64,000 nt of DNA from assembly GCA_963800795.1 (NCBI GenBank), contig CAWDCJ010000001.1, forward strand, positions 280,855 through 344,854, given 5' to 3'. The first letter of the stretch is position 1; each line of letters starts with the position of its first letter. Source of the stretch: an uncultured Chloroflexia bacterium. GTDB taxonomy: Bacteria > Chloroflexota > Limnocylindria > Limnocylindrales > CSP1-4. Below, piece after piece: positions 18,768 to 27,965 of this stretch. The notes beneath the pieces were generated by a model. The model had not been told where the DNA came from. It searched no databases and saw only the letters and a program-made list of their open reading frames with translations. The translations under genes were made by a program, and so were the position numbers.

Positions 18768-20717
18768 ATGGCGCTGCCGGTCCCCAACCTGGACGATCGC
18801 CGCTTCCAGGATCTCGTCGACGACGCGAAGCGCCTCGTCCAGCAGCGCTGCCCGGAATGGACGGACCACAACGTCTCCGACCCCGGCGTGACCCTCATCG
18901 AGCTGTTCGCCTGGATGACCGACCAGCTCCTCTACCGCGTCAACCGCATCCCGGACCGGAACTACGTGAAGTTCCTGGAGCTGATCGGGATCCGGCTGTT
19001 CCCGCCGTCGGCGGCACGCGGCCAGGTCACGTTCTGGCTCTCCGGGCCGCAACCGGATGCGATTCGCATCGCCGGGGGGACCCAGGCAGCCACGATCCGC
19101 ACGGAGACCGACGACGCAATCGTCTTCACCACGCTCGACGACCTGCCGATCGTGCCTGTCTCGGTCACGGCTGCCTTCACCTCGACCGACGGCAAGAAGC
19201 ACGTCGACCGGACCACCGAGGCGCTCAATGCGCGTGACTTTCTTGCCTTCGAGACCCAGCCCAAGCCCGGCGACCTCCTGCTGGTGGGCCTGAGCGAGCC
19301 CGCCCCATCGAACGCGCTCCGCCTCCGGTTCGCCTGCACCATCGAGGGCGTCGGGGTGGATCCGACCTGGCCACCGCTCGCCTGGGAGGCCTGGACGGGC
19401 GCGGGCTGGGAGGCCTGCGACCTCGATCGCGACACCACCGGCGGCCTGAACCGCGACGGCGACGTGGTGATCCACCTGCCGGCGGGCCATGTCGCGTCGG
19501 TCATCGAGAAGATGCGCGCCGGCTGGGTTCGGGCGCGCGTCACCGAGCCCGAGGAAGGACAGCCCTTCTACTCGTCCTCGCCAAACGTCCGCGGCGTCGC
19601 CGCTGCCACGATCGGGGGCACCGCCGAGGCGGTTCACGCGGACGTCATCGTGGACGAGATCCTGGGCGTCGCCGAGGGTGTTGCCGGCGGCCGCTTCCTC
19701 GTCAAGCATCTCCCGGTCGTGCCCGGTGATCGGCCCATGACCGTCAGCGTCTCGGATGAGGAGGAGGGCTGGCAGGAGTGGACCCAGGTCCCCGATTTCG
19801 CCGGGTCCGGCCCGGCGGACCGCCACTTCGTCCTGGACGCGGTGGCCGGCGAGATCTCGTTCGGCCCGGGTGTCCGTGAGGCGGACGGGACGGTTCGCCA
19901 GTACGGCGCGGTCCCGCCGAAGGGCGCCCGGGTCCGGCTGGACGCATACCTGACTGGCGGCGGCCGGGCCGGCAACCTGGCCACGCGTGCGATCAGCGTC
20001 CTGAAGACCTCGATCCCGTACGTCTCGCGGGTGGAGAACCGGCGGTCGATGGCGGGCGGCGTGGACGGCGAGGACATCGAGAACGCGAAGCTGCGCGGCC
20101 CCATCTCGCTCCGCACGCGAGGTCGAGCGGTGACCACGGAGGACTTCGAGCACATCGCCCTGGAGGCTGCCCCGGAGCTGGCCAGGGTTCGGGCCGTTGC
20201 CGCCGGCGACGGCGCCGACGCGGGCTCGGTCCGCGTGCTCGTGGTTCCATCGGCGCAGGCCGAGGGGGGCCGGCTTCGCTTCGACCAGCTGCTCCCCTCG
20301 GACGAGACCCTGGCGCGCGTCGCCGCGCGGCTCGACGAGTGTCGCGTCGTCGGCACGCGCATCCTCGTGGAGCCGCCGGCCTATCGCGGGATCACGATCG
20401 TTGCGCGCCTCCGGGCGCGACCGCGCTTCAACCCCACACGCCTGCAGGACGAGGCGGTGCGCGCGATCTACGACTACTTCAACCCGATCTCGGGCGGGCC
20501 GGAGGGCACGGGGTGGCCGTTCGGCCGCCCGATCCAGGTGGGCGAGGTCTACGCGGTGCTGCAGGGGCTGCGCGGGACTGAGCTGGTGGAGGATGTCCGT
20601 CTCTTCGGGGCCGACCCGGTCACCGGCCAGCGGGGACAGGCGACCCAGCGTCTGGACCTCGAACCGCATGCCCTGGTGTTCAGCTACGAGCACCAGCTGC
20701 TGGTCGAAGGGGCGTAG
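18768..20717 (+). CDS. baseplate J-like protein (Afp11-like)
   Basis: 649-aa intact ORF. The N-terminus LDDRRFQDLVDDAKRLVQQRCPEWTDHNVSDPGVTLIELFAWM is typical of the family. Confidence 0.9.
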   Translation: MALPVPNLDDRRFQDLVDDAKRLVQQRCPEWTDHNVSDPGVTLIELFAWMTDQLLYRVNRIPDRNYVKFLELIGIRLFPPSAARGQVTFWLSGPQPDAIRIAGGTQAATIRTETDDAIVFTTLDDLPIVPVSVTAAFTSTDGKKHVDRTTEALNARDFLAFETQPKPGDLLLVGLSEPAPSNALRLRFACTIEGVGVDPTWPPLAWEAWTGAGWEACDLDRDTTGGLNRDGDVVIHLPAGHVASVIEKMRAGWVRARVTEPEEGQPFYSSSPNVRGVAAATIGGTAEAVHADVIVDEILGVAEGVAGGRFLVKHLPVVPGDRPMTVSVSDEEEGWQEWTQVPDFAGSGPADRHFVLDAVAGEISFGPGVREADGTVRQYGAVPPKGARVRLDAYLTGGGRAGNLATRAISVLKTSIPYVSRVENRRSMAGGVDGEDIENAKLRGPISLRTRGRAVTTEDFEHIALEAAPELARVRAVAAGDGADAGSVRVLVVPSAQAEGGRLRFDQLLPSDETLARVAARLDECRVVGTRILVEPPAYRGITIVARLRARPRFNPTRLQDEAVRAIYDYFNPISGGPEGTGWPFGRPIQVGEVYAVLQGLRGTELVEDVRLFGADPVTGQRGQATQRLDLEPHALVFSYEHQLLVEGA

Positions 20718-20721
20718 GGCC

Positions 20722-21262
20722 ATGCGCGGGCACATTCCGGGCCTTCCCTCGCCGCGCCCGCTGGGCGAGCAGCTCCCCGGCGTCTACCGCGACGACGACA
20801 TGACGCAGCGCCTCACGTCGGCCTTCGACGAGGTGCTGGCGGGGGTCGTGCAGGTGCTGGACTGCTTCCCGGCATACCTGGATCCGGCCCTGGCGCCGGA
20901 GGATTTCCTCGAATGGCTGGGGCGCTGGACGGGCGCGGCACTCGACGAGACGTGGCCCATCGAGCGTCGCCGCGCGTTCGTCGCCTCGGCGGTCGACCTC
21001 TTCCGGATCCGCGGGACCGTTGGTGGCCTCGCGGCGCACGTTGCCGTGTTCACCGGCGGCGAGGTCGAGATCGCCGAGCCGGGCGCCACCGCGTGGTCGC
21101 ATGATCCGGGCGCTTCGCTCCCGGCCGGCGGCTCGTCGGACCTGTTGGTCAGGGTGCGCGTCAAGGATCCCGCCAACGTCTCGTCGAGCCGGCCTGGACG
21201 CGCTCGTGGCGACCGCCAAGCCGGCCCACGTGCCCCATCGGATCGAGATCGTCGCCGCGTGA
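20722..21262 (+). pseudogene. P2 gpI-like baseplate/tail protein (Afp12-like), one frame change
   Basis: ATG 20722 in the frame of ORF 20197..21564 (LPGVYRDDDMTQRLTSAFDEVL...FRIRGTVGGL). The C-terminus LDALVATAKPAHVPHRIEIVAA lies in ORF 21020..21262. The switch is near 21187-21195 (agccggcctggac). Confidence 0.8.
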
Positions 21263-21394
21263 CCGGGGCGCGCCCGCTCTGCCGCTCGCTTGCTACGATG
21301 CGCGCACGTTTCGCCGGTCCGCGCGCATGCGGCCGGTCGGCCCGGCGGAGCGCACCTGCTGGATGCGGGCAGCAGGCTGTCAGGGGAGCGCCAC

Positions 21395-23595
21395 GTGATC
21401 GTCTGCTCCAAGTGCGGGTTTCAGAACACGAGCAGCGACAGCTTCTGCGGTTCCTGCGGAAGCTTCCTGGAGTGGACCGGGGCCAAGGGTCGAGGAGCCG
21501 GCCGTCGAGGCGGTCGCGCCGGAGCCCGAGCCGCAGCCGGCGGAGCCGGAGCACCAGTCCCTGATCGGGCGTGTCCGCGAGGTCGTGGGGCTCGGGGGCG
21601 CGACGGCACCGGGCTGCCGACGTCGGCGCCGAATCACCGGGAGCGGCCGGAGCGCCGGTCTCGGCTGGCGTCGTGGAGCCTGCCGGCGGGGCCCTCCAAC
21701 CAGCAGAGGACGCGGGTGAGGCCGCGGTCGGATCAGCGCCCGTCGTGATCTCGGGGGCCCGAATCTACCGGGTGACCGAGGCGAGCCCGGCGCCTGAACC
21801 GCGCACCCATGCCCGAGCCGGTCGCCGCGCCGGTGGCTCCGCCTGAGCCGATCCCGGAACCCGCGGCCGAATCTGTGCCGCAGCCCGAGCCCGAGCCTGA
21901 GCTACCAGCACGGTCGGCGTCCCAGCCCGATGCCCGCACCAGAACCGGCAGCCGTTCCCGAGGCCCAGCGGTTCCCGCACCAGAGCCGGCAGCGGTTCCC
22001 GAGGCCCAGCCGGCCGCGCTTCCCGAGCCCGCACCTGCACCCGAGCCCGCGGCCCAGCTGAGCCGGCATGCCGAGCCGGCAGCGGTTCCCGCAGCCGAGC
22101 CGGCACCGGCGCCCGAACCGGCACCCATGCGGCCGAGCCGGCACCCGAATGCGCCCGAGCCCGCACCCGCACCCGAGCCCGGCATCCCGCTGCCCGAGCC
22201 TGCGCCTGCCGCGCCGCACGCGGCCCAGCCCGCGCCCGAGACGGAGCCGATCGCCGCACCCACGGCCCCGGCGGAGTCCCAGCCTGCCGCCGTGCAAGCG
22301 CCCGCGCCCGAGGGGGCACCAGCACCGGTGCCTGAGCCCGAGCTCGGAGCCGGCATCGGGCGCCGCTGCCAGCCCCTGCCCCCACGCCCGCCCCTCCGGC
22401 CGCGCCCCGGATTCGTCCCGCTCTGGCGAGCCCATCCGCGGCGCTGCCCAGGCCGCGGCCCCTGGTGGAAGTTGCCCGCCCAGCACCACCTCCGGCATCG
22501 GTGCCGCCTGTCGTCGACGTGCCTCCGCATGCCTCGCCGGCGCAGCCGGCTGCCATCTCCCCGGCGGCCGTGCCGCCCGTTCAACCACCGCCGGCTCGCC
22601 CGACCCGTGCACCTACGCCGCCGATCGCACGTCCGCCCGCAAGTGCGGCCAGCGCCGCGGCCTCCCAGCCGGCCCAACCCGCCGCGGTGGTGCCCGCGCC
22701 GTCACCGCCCGAGCAACCCGCATCGCGGCAACCGGTCGCGCTTCGGCCGGGACCTGAGCGCGCCCGACAGGTCGCCCGCCAGCAGGTCGAGACGCCTCCG
22801 GCAAACCCGGGCGACCTCGTCTGCGGGAACTGCAGGATCGGCAACGACCCGACCCGGAAGTTCTGCCGTCGGTGCGGGCAGTCGCTGGCAGAGGCGGTCG
22901 TCGCGCCGGCCCGAAAGCTGCCCTGGTACCGGCGCCTGTTCCGCCGGAAGGAGACGGTCGTCGCGGCAGGCGAGCGGCCCCGGACCATGCGCACCGACGG
23001 CCAGGGAGCGCGGACCGGCTTGTCGCTCGGTCGGCTGCTCCGGATGGTCGTCCAGGTCATCGTCATCGCCGCCATCGTCGGCGCAGTGGTCGGCTACGCC
23101 GTCGTTCCTGGCTGGCGGGACGGCGTGAACTCCGCGATCTCGTCAGTCAGGCAGATCGTGGCGCCGAACCTGGTGACGGTGCGGACATCCGGCCAGGCGA
23201 GCGGCCCCGCGTCCAAGGGACACCCGGCGCAGGCCGCGTTCGACGGGTTCAGCAACACCTACTGGGCAGCGTCTGCCACGGGAGGCGCGACGCCGACGAT
23301 CAACGCCAGCTTCAACCCGCCGACCGACGTGGCGAAGATCCTCGTGACATCGGGTGCCGTGCCGGACTACCAGGGGAACCTGCGACCGCACGACATCACG
23401 GTCCAGTTCCTCGACGCCGCGGGCGCGATCGTCGCAGCCAAGGACCTCGAGCTCAAGGACACCCATGATCCGCAGTCGTTCGATGTGTCGGCGAAGGCGG
23501 CCACCGCCTTCCGCCTGATCGTGCGCTCGGTCTACGCGTCCAGCGGCGGCGCCGACGTCGCCATCACCGAGGTCGAGTTCCTGGCCGCGAAATGA
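21395..23595 (+). pseudogene. double zinc-ribbon / very long Pro-rich repeat / TM / discoidin-like membrane protein (paralogue of 781..2205), several frame changes
   Basis: GTG 21395 after GGGGAG (VIVCSKCGFQNTSSDSFCGSCGSFLEW). The Pro-rich PEPAPA region reads sensibly only by hopping frames near 21487, about 21600, about 21800, 21940-21985 and about 22400-22470. The final ORF 22465..23595 carries a second ribbon (CGNCRIGNDPTRKFCRRCG), the TM VVQVIVIAAIVGAVVGYAVV and a discoidin-like AAFDGFSNTYW...ITEVEFL. Confidence 0.7.
21937..22018 (+). repeat. 41-bp imperfect tandem repeat (2 copies) within the Pro-rich spacer
   Basis: caccagaaccggcagccgttcccgaggcccagc at 21937 and caccagagccggcagcggttcccgaggcccagc at 21978. 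31 of the first 33 nt are identical. Confidence 0.8.
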
Positions 23596-26500
23596 TCGGC
23601 GTGCCCTCGGGACGGGCACCCGCGTCAGACGTGTCGCCGCCAGGGCCCTCCGGCACGCCGAGGTCGGCGAGCATCCGAGCGTAGCTCGCGCGGGCGCTCG
23701 CGGCCGCAGCCCAATCGCCGGCTCGTTCGCGCGCGTCGACGAGCAACCGCCAGAGCGGGTCATGGTAGGCGTCGATACCGAGCGCGGCCGTGCACACGGC
23801 GGCGGCTTCCGCGGGCTGCTCGGCGACCACGAGCTCCGCGAGGCCGAGCGCAGCTTCCACGTAGTCGGCCCGCGCCCGATCCCGCCGCGCAACGATCCAG
23901 TCCGCTGGGCCGTCTTCCGGCAGCAGGTCCCCCGTGTACGCGGCGATCGCGGCCCGGTATGCAGGGACGGCGACCGCGTCGTCGCGGCCACGGGCCGCCC
24001 GGGCGCGGCGCAGGGCCTCGTCGAACGCGAGCACGTCGACCCGGGAGCCTTCCGGGATCGCCAGCCGGTACGCGTCGCCATCACGAACCAGGATCTCCTG
24101 GCCACCGCTGCCGGGTGGCGGCTCCAGCTCGCGGCGAAGCGCCGAGAGCGCGACATGGAGGCTCCGCGCTCCGGCCTCGGGTTCCGCGTCGCGCCAGAGT
24201 GCCTCCTGGATCACCTCCCGGTGAACCGGGCGTCCGGCGTTCACCGCCAACAGGCGCAGCACGGCGCGCGGACGCGGCTTGAGCGCCGCGAGGTCGACCG
24301 GGCGTCCCGCGACCGCCATGGCGAAGGCACCGAAGCAATGGATCTCGAGCGCCGGTACGTCGTCCGGCCGTTCGGGCAACCCGGAGGTGCCGGGGCTCTC
24401 CGGGCTCGAAATGCCGGTCGGCTTGAGCGCGTCGGGCTCCGCGAGTCCCGTCTCCTCGAACAGCGCCGTCGCCAGGGCGCGGAGCTCGTCGGCGTGCTCA
24501 AGGTCGGCGAGCGCAAGGGCGGCATACGCGAGCGCGTGCGGTCCCGGTGTGCCCACGGATCGGGCGAACGCCTCCGCGGCCAGGGCCGTCTCCCTGGCGT
24601 TGGGAGCATCGGCACGAGCCAGGCAGCCGGCGAGGAGCGAGCGCGCCCACGCCTCGAGCGATCCTGCCCCAAGGGCGCGGAACCGGGCGATGGCGACCTC
24701 GAGCGGCGGGCCGGATTCGTCGAGCTCCATGAGCGCGGCCCATCCCTCCGCGAGCGCAGCGAGCCCCTCCGCCCAGGCATCGTGCTCGCGGCCCGCGGCG
24801 ATGCGCACTGCGTTGGCATCCGCCCAACCGAACCCGCCGCCTGCCGGCGGCCGCGCGAGCGCGAGCGCGGCACGCCCGACCTGGGCCAGCCATGGGACGC
24901 CGATCCGTTCCGCGGCCGCGATCGCCGATTCCGCCTCGGCGGTCCCGGCGGGGTCGCCGGCCAACAGGCCAGCGACGGCGGCGCCGAGCGCCGCGACTGT
25001 GCCAAGCGTCGGCGAGTCCGTCGCCGTCGCCGCCGCCTCGCCGAGCGCCGATCGCGCGTCCCGCACGCGACCGGCGACCAACGCGGCGAGCCCGGACGCG
25101 AGCGTCTCGCCAACGCCCGGGCCGGCCAGCGCCATGGCAGAACCCCCGGCAGGGCCAGGTCTGGCGGCGGGTTGACCACGCCGGGCGAGCGGGTCCCGCG
25201 CGACGGCGGCGCGCAGCGTGCCGGTCCAGTCCGCGCCCGGCGCGGGGTGCGGGTCCAGCCATGCGGCGAGGGCCACCCGTTCGCGCCGGCAGGCAGTCCC
25301 CGAGTCGCCGGCCCCGAAGAGCGCCTCGGCGCTCGTGTAGGCCGCAAGCGCCTGCGCCCAGCGGCCCTCGGCGCGGTGGCGCCGGGCCGTTGCCAGCGTC
25401 AGCCAGGGATCCTGCACGAGAAGCGCCGGCGGGAGGGCGTCGATCCAGGCTCCGTGACCGTCGACGAGTCGCGCGCCATGACGCTCGAGCAGGCGATCGA
25501 CCGCCGCCCAGTCCTCGGCCCGGCTGAACGCCGCCAGGGCCTCGGCCACTGCCCCGTCGGCCTCGAGCAGCTCGCCGGCCCGATGTGCCTGGGCCCGCGC
25601 GCCCACCTCGCCCGCCGCCGCGACCAGCATCGCCTCGAGGTGACTTCGCAGTACCTCGTGGTAGCGAAACGTGCCCTCGTCATCGAGCGCGACGGTAAAG
25701 ACGCTGCGACGCTCGAGCTCCTCGAGCAGCTCCCGGCTGCCCGACCGCCCCAGAAGCGCATCGCAGAGCGGACCGTTGAGGCGGCGCAGCACGCTCGTCC
25801 GGACCAGGAAGTCGCGCAGCTCGTCGGGCAGCTCCGCGACCACGTTGCGGGCGAGGTAGTCGCGCACGAACCGGGAGCTCGAACCCAGGCCGGCCAGGAT
25901 CCGCAGCCGTTCATCGCGCGGTTTGCCGCGCGTGGCGAGATGGAAGAGCTGGAGGCCGGCCGCCCAACCCTCCGTCCTCCGCGCCAGCCGCGCGAGCTCG
26001 TCCGGGCGAAGCTCGTCGCCGTAGAAGTCACGGAAGAGCCGCTCCACCTCCCACGATCGGAACCGCAGGTCGTCGACGTCGAGCTCCAGGAGCTCGCCGG
26101 AGACGCGCCGCCGCGAGAGGTTGAAGGCGGGGAAGGTCCGCGAGCCGGCGAGCACCACGAGCGTCGGCGGTGCGTAGTCGACGAAGCGCTCGAAGGCCGC
26201 CTCGGCCGGCGAGCCGGTGAGGGTGTGGAAGTCGTCGACGATCAGGATGATGTTCGTCGCCGGGAGCGACTCGATGGCGGCTGCCGCGTCCTCGACGCAC
26301 TTCCACCCGCGGGGGAGGCCGGTCGTGGCCGCAGCGAATGCGGCCTCGAGATATCCCACGAGGGCAGCTTCGCTGCCGTCAGTGCTCTCGGCGCGATACC
26401 AGGCGACCGGGTTGTCGGCGATGGCGGCCCAGCTTGCCAGGAGCGTGGTCTTGCCCGACCCGGCCGGCGCCACGACCAGCCCGAGGCGATACAGCCACAG

Positions 26501-26635
26501 CTGCGGGAGGAGCTTGTCGAGGCGCTCACGTGGCAGCCAGCGGACCCTGGGCACCCGGACTTTCGCAGGGACAACGCCGCCTCCGAGCGACCCCTGACCC
26601 GCGCCGCCCCGTCCCGCCCGCGGCTCCCTGTCCAT
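23564..26635 (-). CDS. large transcriptional regulator: N-terminal MalT/LuxR-type STAND ATPase, TPR-like middle, C-terminal OmpR-type wHTH + BTAD
   Basis: 1023-aa intact ORF. Walker A APAGSGKTTLL and MalT-like RTSVLRRLNGPLCDALL. The C-terminal LEIHCFGAF..VAGRPVDL...LLAVNAGRPVHREVIQEALW...YRL followed by YTGDLLPED...DPLWRLL is SARP/BTAD-like. Confidence 0.8.
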   Translation of the reverse strand: MDREPRAGRGGAGQGSLGGGVVPAKVRVPRVRWLPRERLDKLLPQLWLYRLGLVVAPAGSGKTTLLASWAAIADNPVAWYRAESTDGSEAALVGYLEAAFAAATTGLPRGWKCVEDAAAAIESLPATNIILIVDDFHTLTGSPAEAAFERFVDYAPPTLVVLAGSRTFPAFNLSRRRVSGELLELDVDDLRFRSWEVERLFRDFYGDELRPDELARLARRTEGWAAGLQLFHLATRGKPRDERLRILAGLGSSSRFVRDYLARNVVAELPDELRDFLVRTSVLRRLNGPLCDALLGRSGSRELLEELERRSVFTVALDDEGTFRYHEVLRSHLEAMLVAAAGEVGARAQAHRAGELLEADGAVAEALAAFSRAEDWAAVDRLLERHGARLVDGHGAWIDALPPALLVQDPWLTLATARRHRAEGRWAQALAAYTSAEALFGAGDSGTACRRERVALAAWLDPHPAPGADWTGTLRAAVARDPLARRGQPAARPGPAGGSAMALAGPGVGETLASGLAALVAGRVRDARSALGEAAATATDSPTLGTVAALGAAVAGLLAGDPAGTAEAESAIAAAERIGVPWLAQVGRAALALARPPAGGGFGWADANAVRIAAGREHDAWAEGLAALAEGWAALMELDESGPPLEVAIARFRALGAGSLEAWARSLLAGCLARADAPNARETALAAEAFARSVGTPGPHALAYAALALADLEHADELRALATALFEETGLAEPDALKPTGISSPESPGTSGLPERPDDVPALEIHCFGAFAMAVAGRPVDLAALKPRPRAVLRLLAVNAGRPVHREVIQEALWRDAEPEAGARSLHVALSALRRELEPPPGSGGQEILVRDGDAYRLAIPEGSRVDVLAFDEALRRARAARGRDDAVAVPAYRAAIAAYTGDLLPEDGPADWIVARRDRARADYVEAALGLAELVVAEQPAEAAAVCTAALGIDAYHDPLWRLLVDARERAGDWAAAASARASYARMLADLGVPEGPGGDTSDAGARPEGTPIISRPGTRPR

Positions 26636-26815
26636 GTCAGGCGATGTCCGCCCTCAGCCCCCCACCGGTCGAATGCCGGCGCGAGACGCCATTGTGGCCG
26701 GGCGCGGGCCGTCGGTCTAGCCCCTGATCCCGGACCGGGACCTTTTGCTACCTGCCGGGGGGACCCTGCCGGTAGGCGCCCGCGCCGCGCCGCAACCCCG
26801 GTCGGACGGGCGTCG

Positions 26816-27301
26816 TCAGCCCGGGTCGGAGCCGAGCGCGTGCAGCCGGTCGCGCAACGCCTGGTCGACGCCGTCGAGGTGGGCGTCCTCGATGAACCGA
26901 TCGGGCTCGTGACCGATCCGGACGAGCTCCCGTTCGAGCGCCGTTCGGTCGTCCGCGAGACCGGCGATGACGACGGGCGCGCGATCCCCGACGGCATGCA
27001 GGATCCGGACCAGATAGGGCTCAGCGGACCGTGCCCGCGAGCAGCGGGGAACCGCAACGATCTGCGGGCGACCCGCCGTGCCGTGCCGCGCAACGCGCGC
27101 GCCGGTCCGCCCGAGGTGGACAACGGCGCCGCTCGACGGGCCGGGCGGGACGGTGGCGGCCCTCCCGCCGGTGGCGCTCGGGCGTGTGGTTTGTTCGATG
27201 GGGGCCGGCTCTCTCGAATCGACCCGCGGTCGCGGGACCTCCGTCGGAGACGCGGGCGCTTCGAGGAGAGGCGGCGTGGGGTGGGCTGATCGTCCGTGCA
27301 T
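26816..27301 (-). CDS. hypothetical protein
   Basis: ORF 26816..27352; ATG 27301 chosen. The C-terminal part (LVRILHAVGDRAPVVIAGLADDRTALERELVRIGHEPDRFIEDAHLDGV) looks protein-like, with G/C-rich third positions. No family recognised. Confidence 0.35.
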   Translation of the reverse strand: MHGRSAHPTPPLLEAPASPTEVPRPRVDSREPAPIEQTTRPSATGGRAATVPPGPSSGAVVHLGRTGARVARHGTAGRPQIVAVPRCSRARSAEPYLVRILHAVGDRAPVVIAGLADDRTALERELVRIGHEPDRFIEDAHLDGVDQALRDRLHALGSDPG

Positions 27302-27438
27302 CTGCGTACCTCCGCATGCCCGACGGTACGCTGCTGTGCCCGCACGCGGCATGGCCGTTCGGATTGGAACGCGCCGCCGAACGGCACGCCGCGGCCAGGC
27401 AGCCGCCTGACCCGGTTCCTGCTACCGTGCCGGGCGTA

Positions 27439-27798
27439 GTGCTCACCTCGTCCTGTCCCGCGCCCTCGCTGCCGTGTCGCGTCGGCGCCCTCGCGTTGGT
27501 GCTCGCGGTTGGACTCGCCGTCGCGGCCTGCGGGCCCCAGGATCGGACGGCGGCCGGGGTCGTGATCGCGGTCGACGCGCCGGCCGGGCAGGTCAACGGC
27601 TTCACCCTTCGGACCACGAACGGCCAGGTCATGGCGTTCGTGATCGGGACGCTGGAGACCGACGCCGGTGCCTTCCCGGCCTTTCACCTGGCCGTGCATG
27701 CCGCAACCCTCCAGCCCATCGCGGTCGCCTACCGGGTGGAGGGCGGCAGGAACGTCGTGTACCGGATGGCCGACGCGCCGTGGGCGCAGCCGAGCTGA
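27439..27798 (+). CDS. small putative lipoprotein
   Basis: 3' part of ORF 27031..27798. GTG 27439, signal peptide with lipobox LAVAAC, then a mature domain of about 95 aa. The start is uncertain. Confidence 0.5.
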   Translation: MLTSSCPAPSLPCRVGALALVLAVGLAVAACGPQDRTAAGVVIAVDAPAGQVNGFTLRTTNGQVMAFVIGTLETDAGAFPAFHLAVHAATLQPIAVAYRVEGGRNVVYRMADAPWAQPS

Positions 27799-27965
27799 GG
27801 CAGGCGCAGCAGACCGGTCGCCACCCGCGGGATCGGCCGCGCGTCGAGTCGAGCGACGGGGCGAGGTGCGATCGGGCTCGACCCAACCCGGTGCCGACTC
27901 ACCTGGCTGCGAGCCCGCCCGGCGCGAGCGTGCCCGACCCTCACCCGGCGGCCTACACTCCGCGC

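Noticed and set aside
17658-20735. 1025-aa minus-strand ORF spanning the VgrG, gp25 and baseplate J region
   Set aside because: It is antisense to three strongly supported genes. The translation is Arg/Gly/Asp/His-rich with no recognisable motif. This is a typical shadow ORF of GC-rich DNA.
10519-21262. Interpreting the tail-gene run as a prophage, an R-type tailocin or a T6SS
   Set aside because: There are no capsid, portal, terminase, integrase or lysis genes and no TssJLM/ClpV-type genes anywhere in the window. The Afp15-like AAA+ ATPase and DUF4255 cap indicate an eCIS-type system.
7404-21262. Calling the CIS a decayed, non-functional relic because four or more of its genes are frame-broken
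   Set aside because: Equally frequent frame breaks hit PFOR, korA, hypD, cbiMN, an aminotransferase and an ABC permease. A general assembly-indel problem explains this better. The question cannot be settled without reads.
23762-27289. 1175-aa plus-strand ORF
   Set aside because: It is antisense to the intact STAND-BTAD regulator. The composition is Arg/Gly/Glu-rich junk with no domain signatures.
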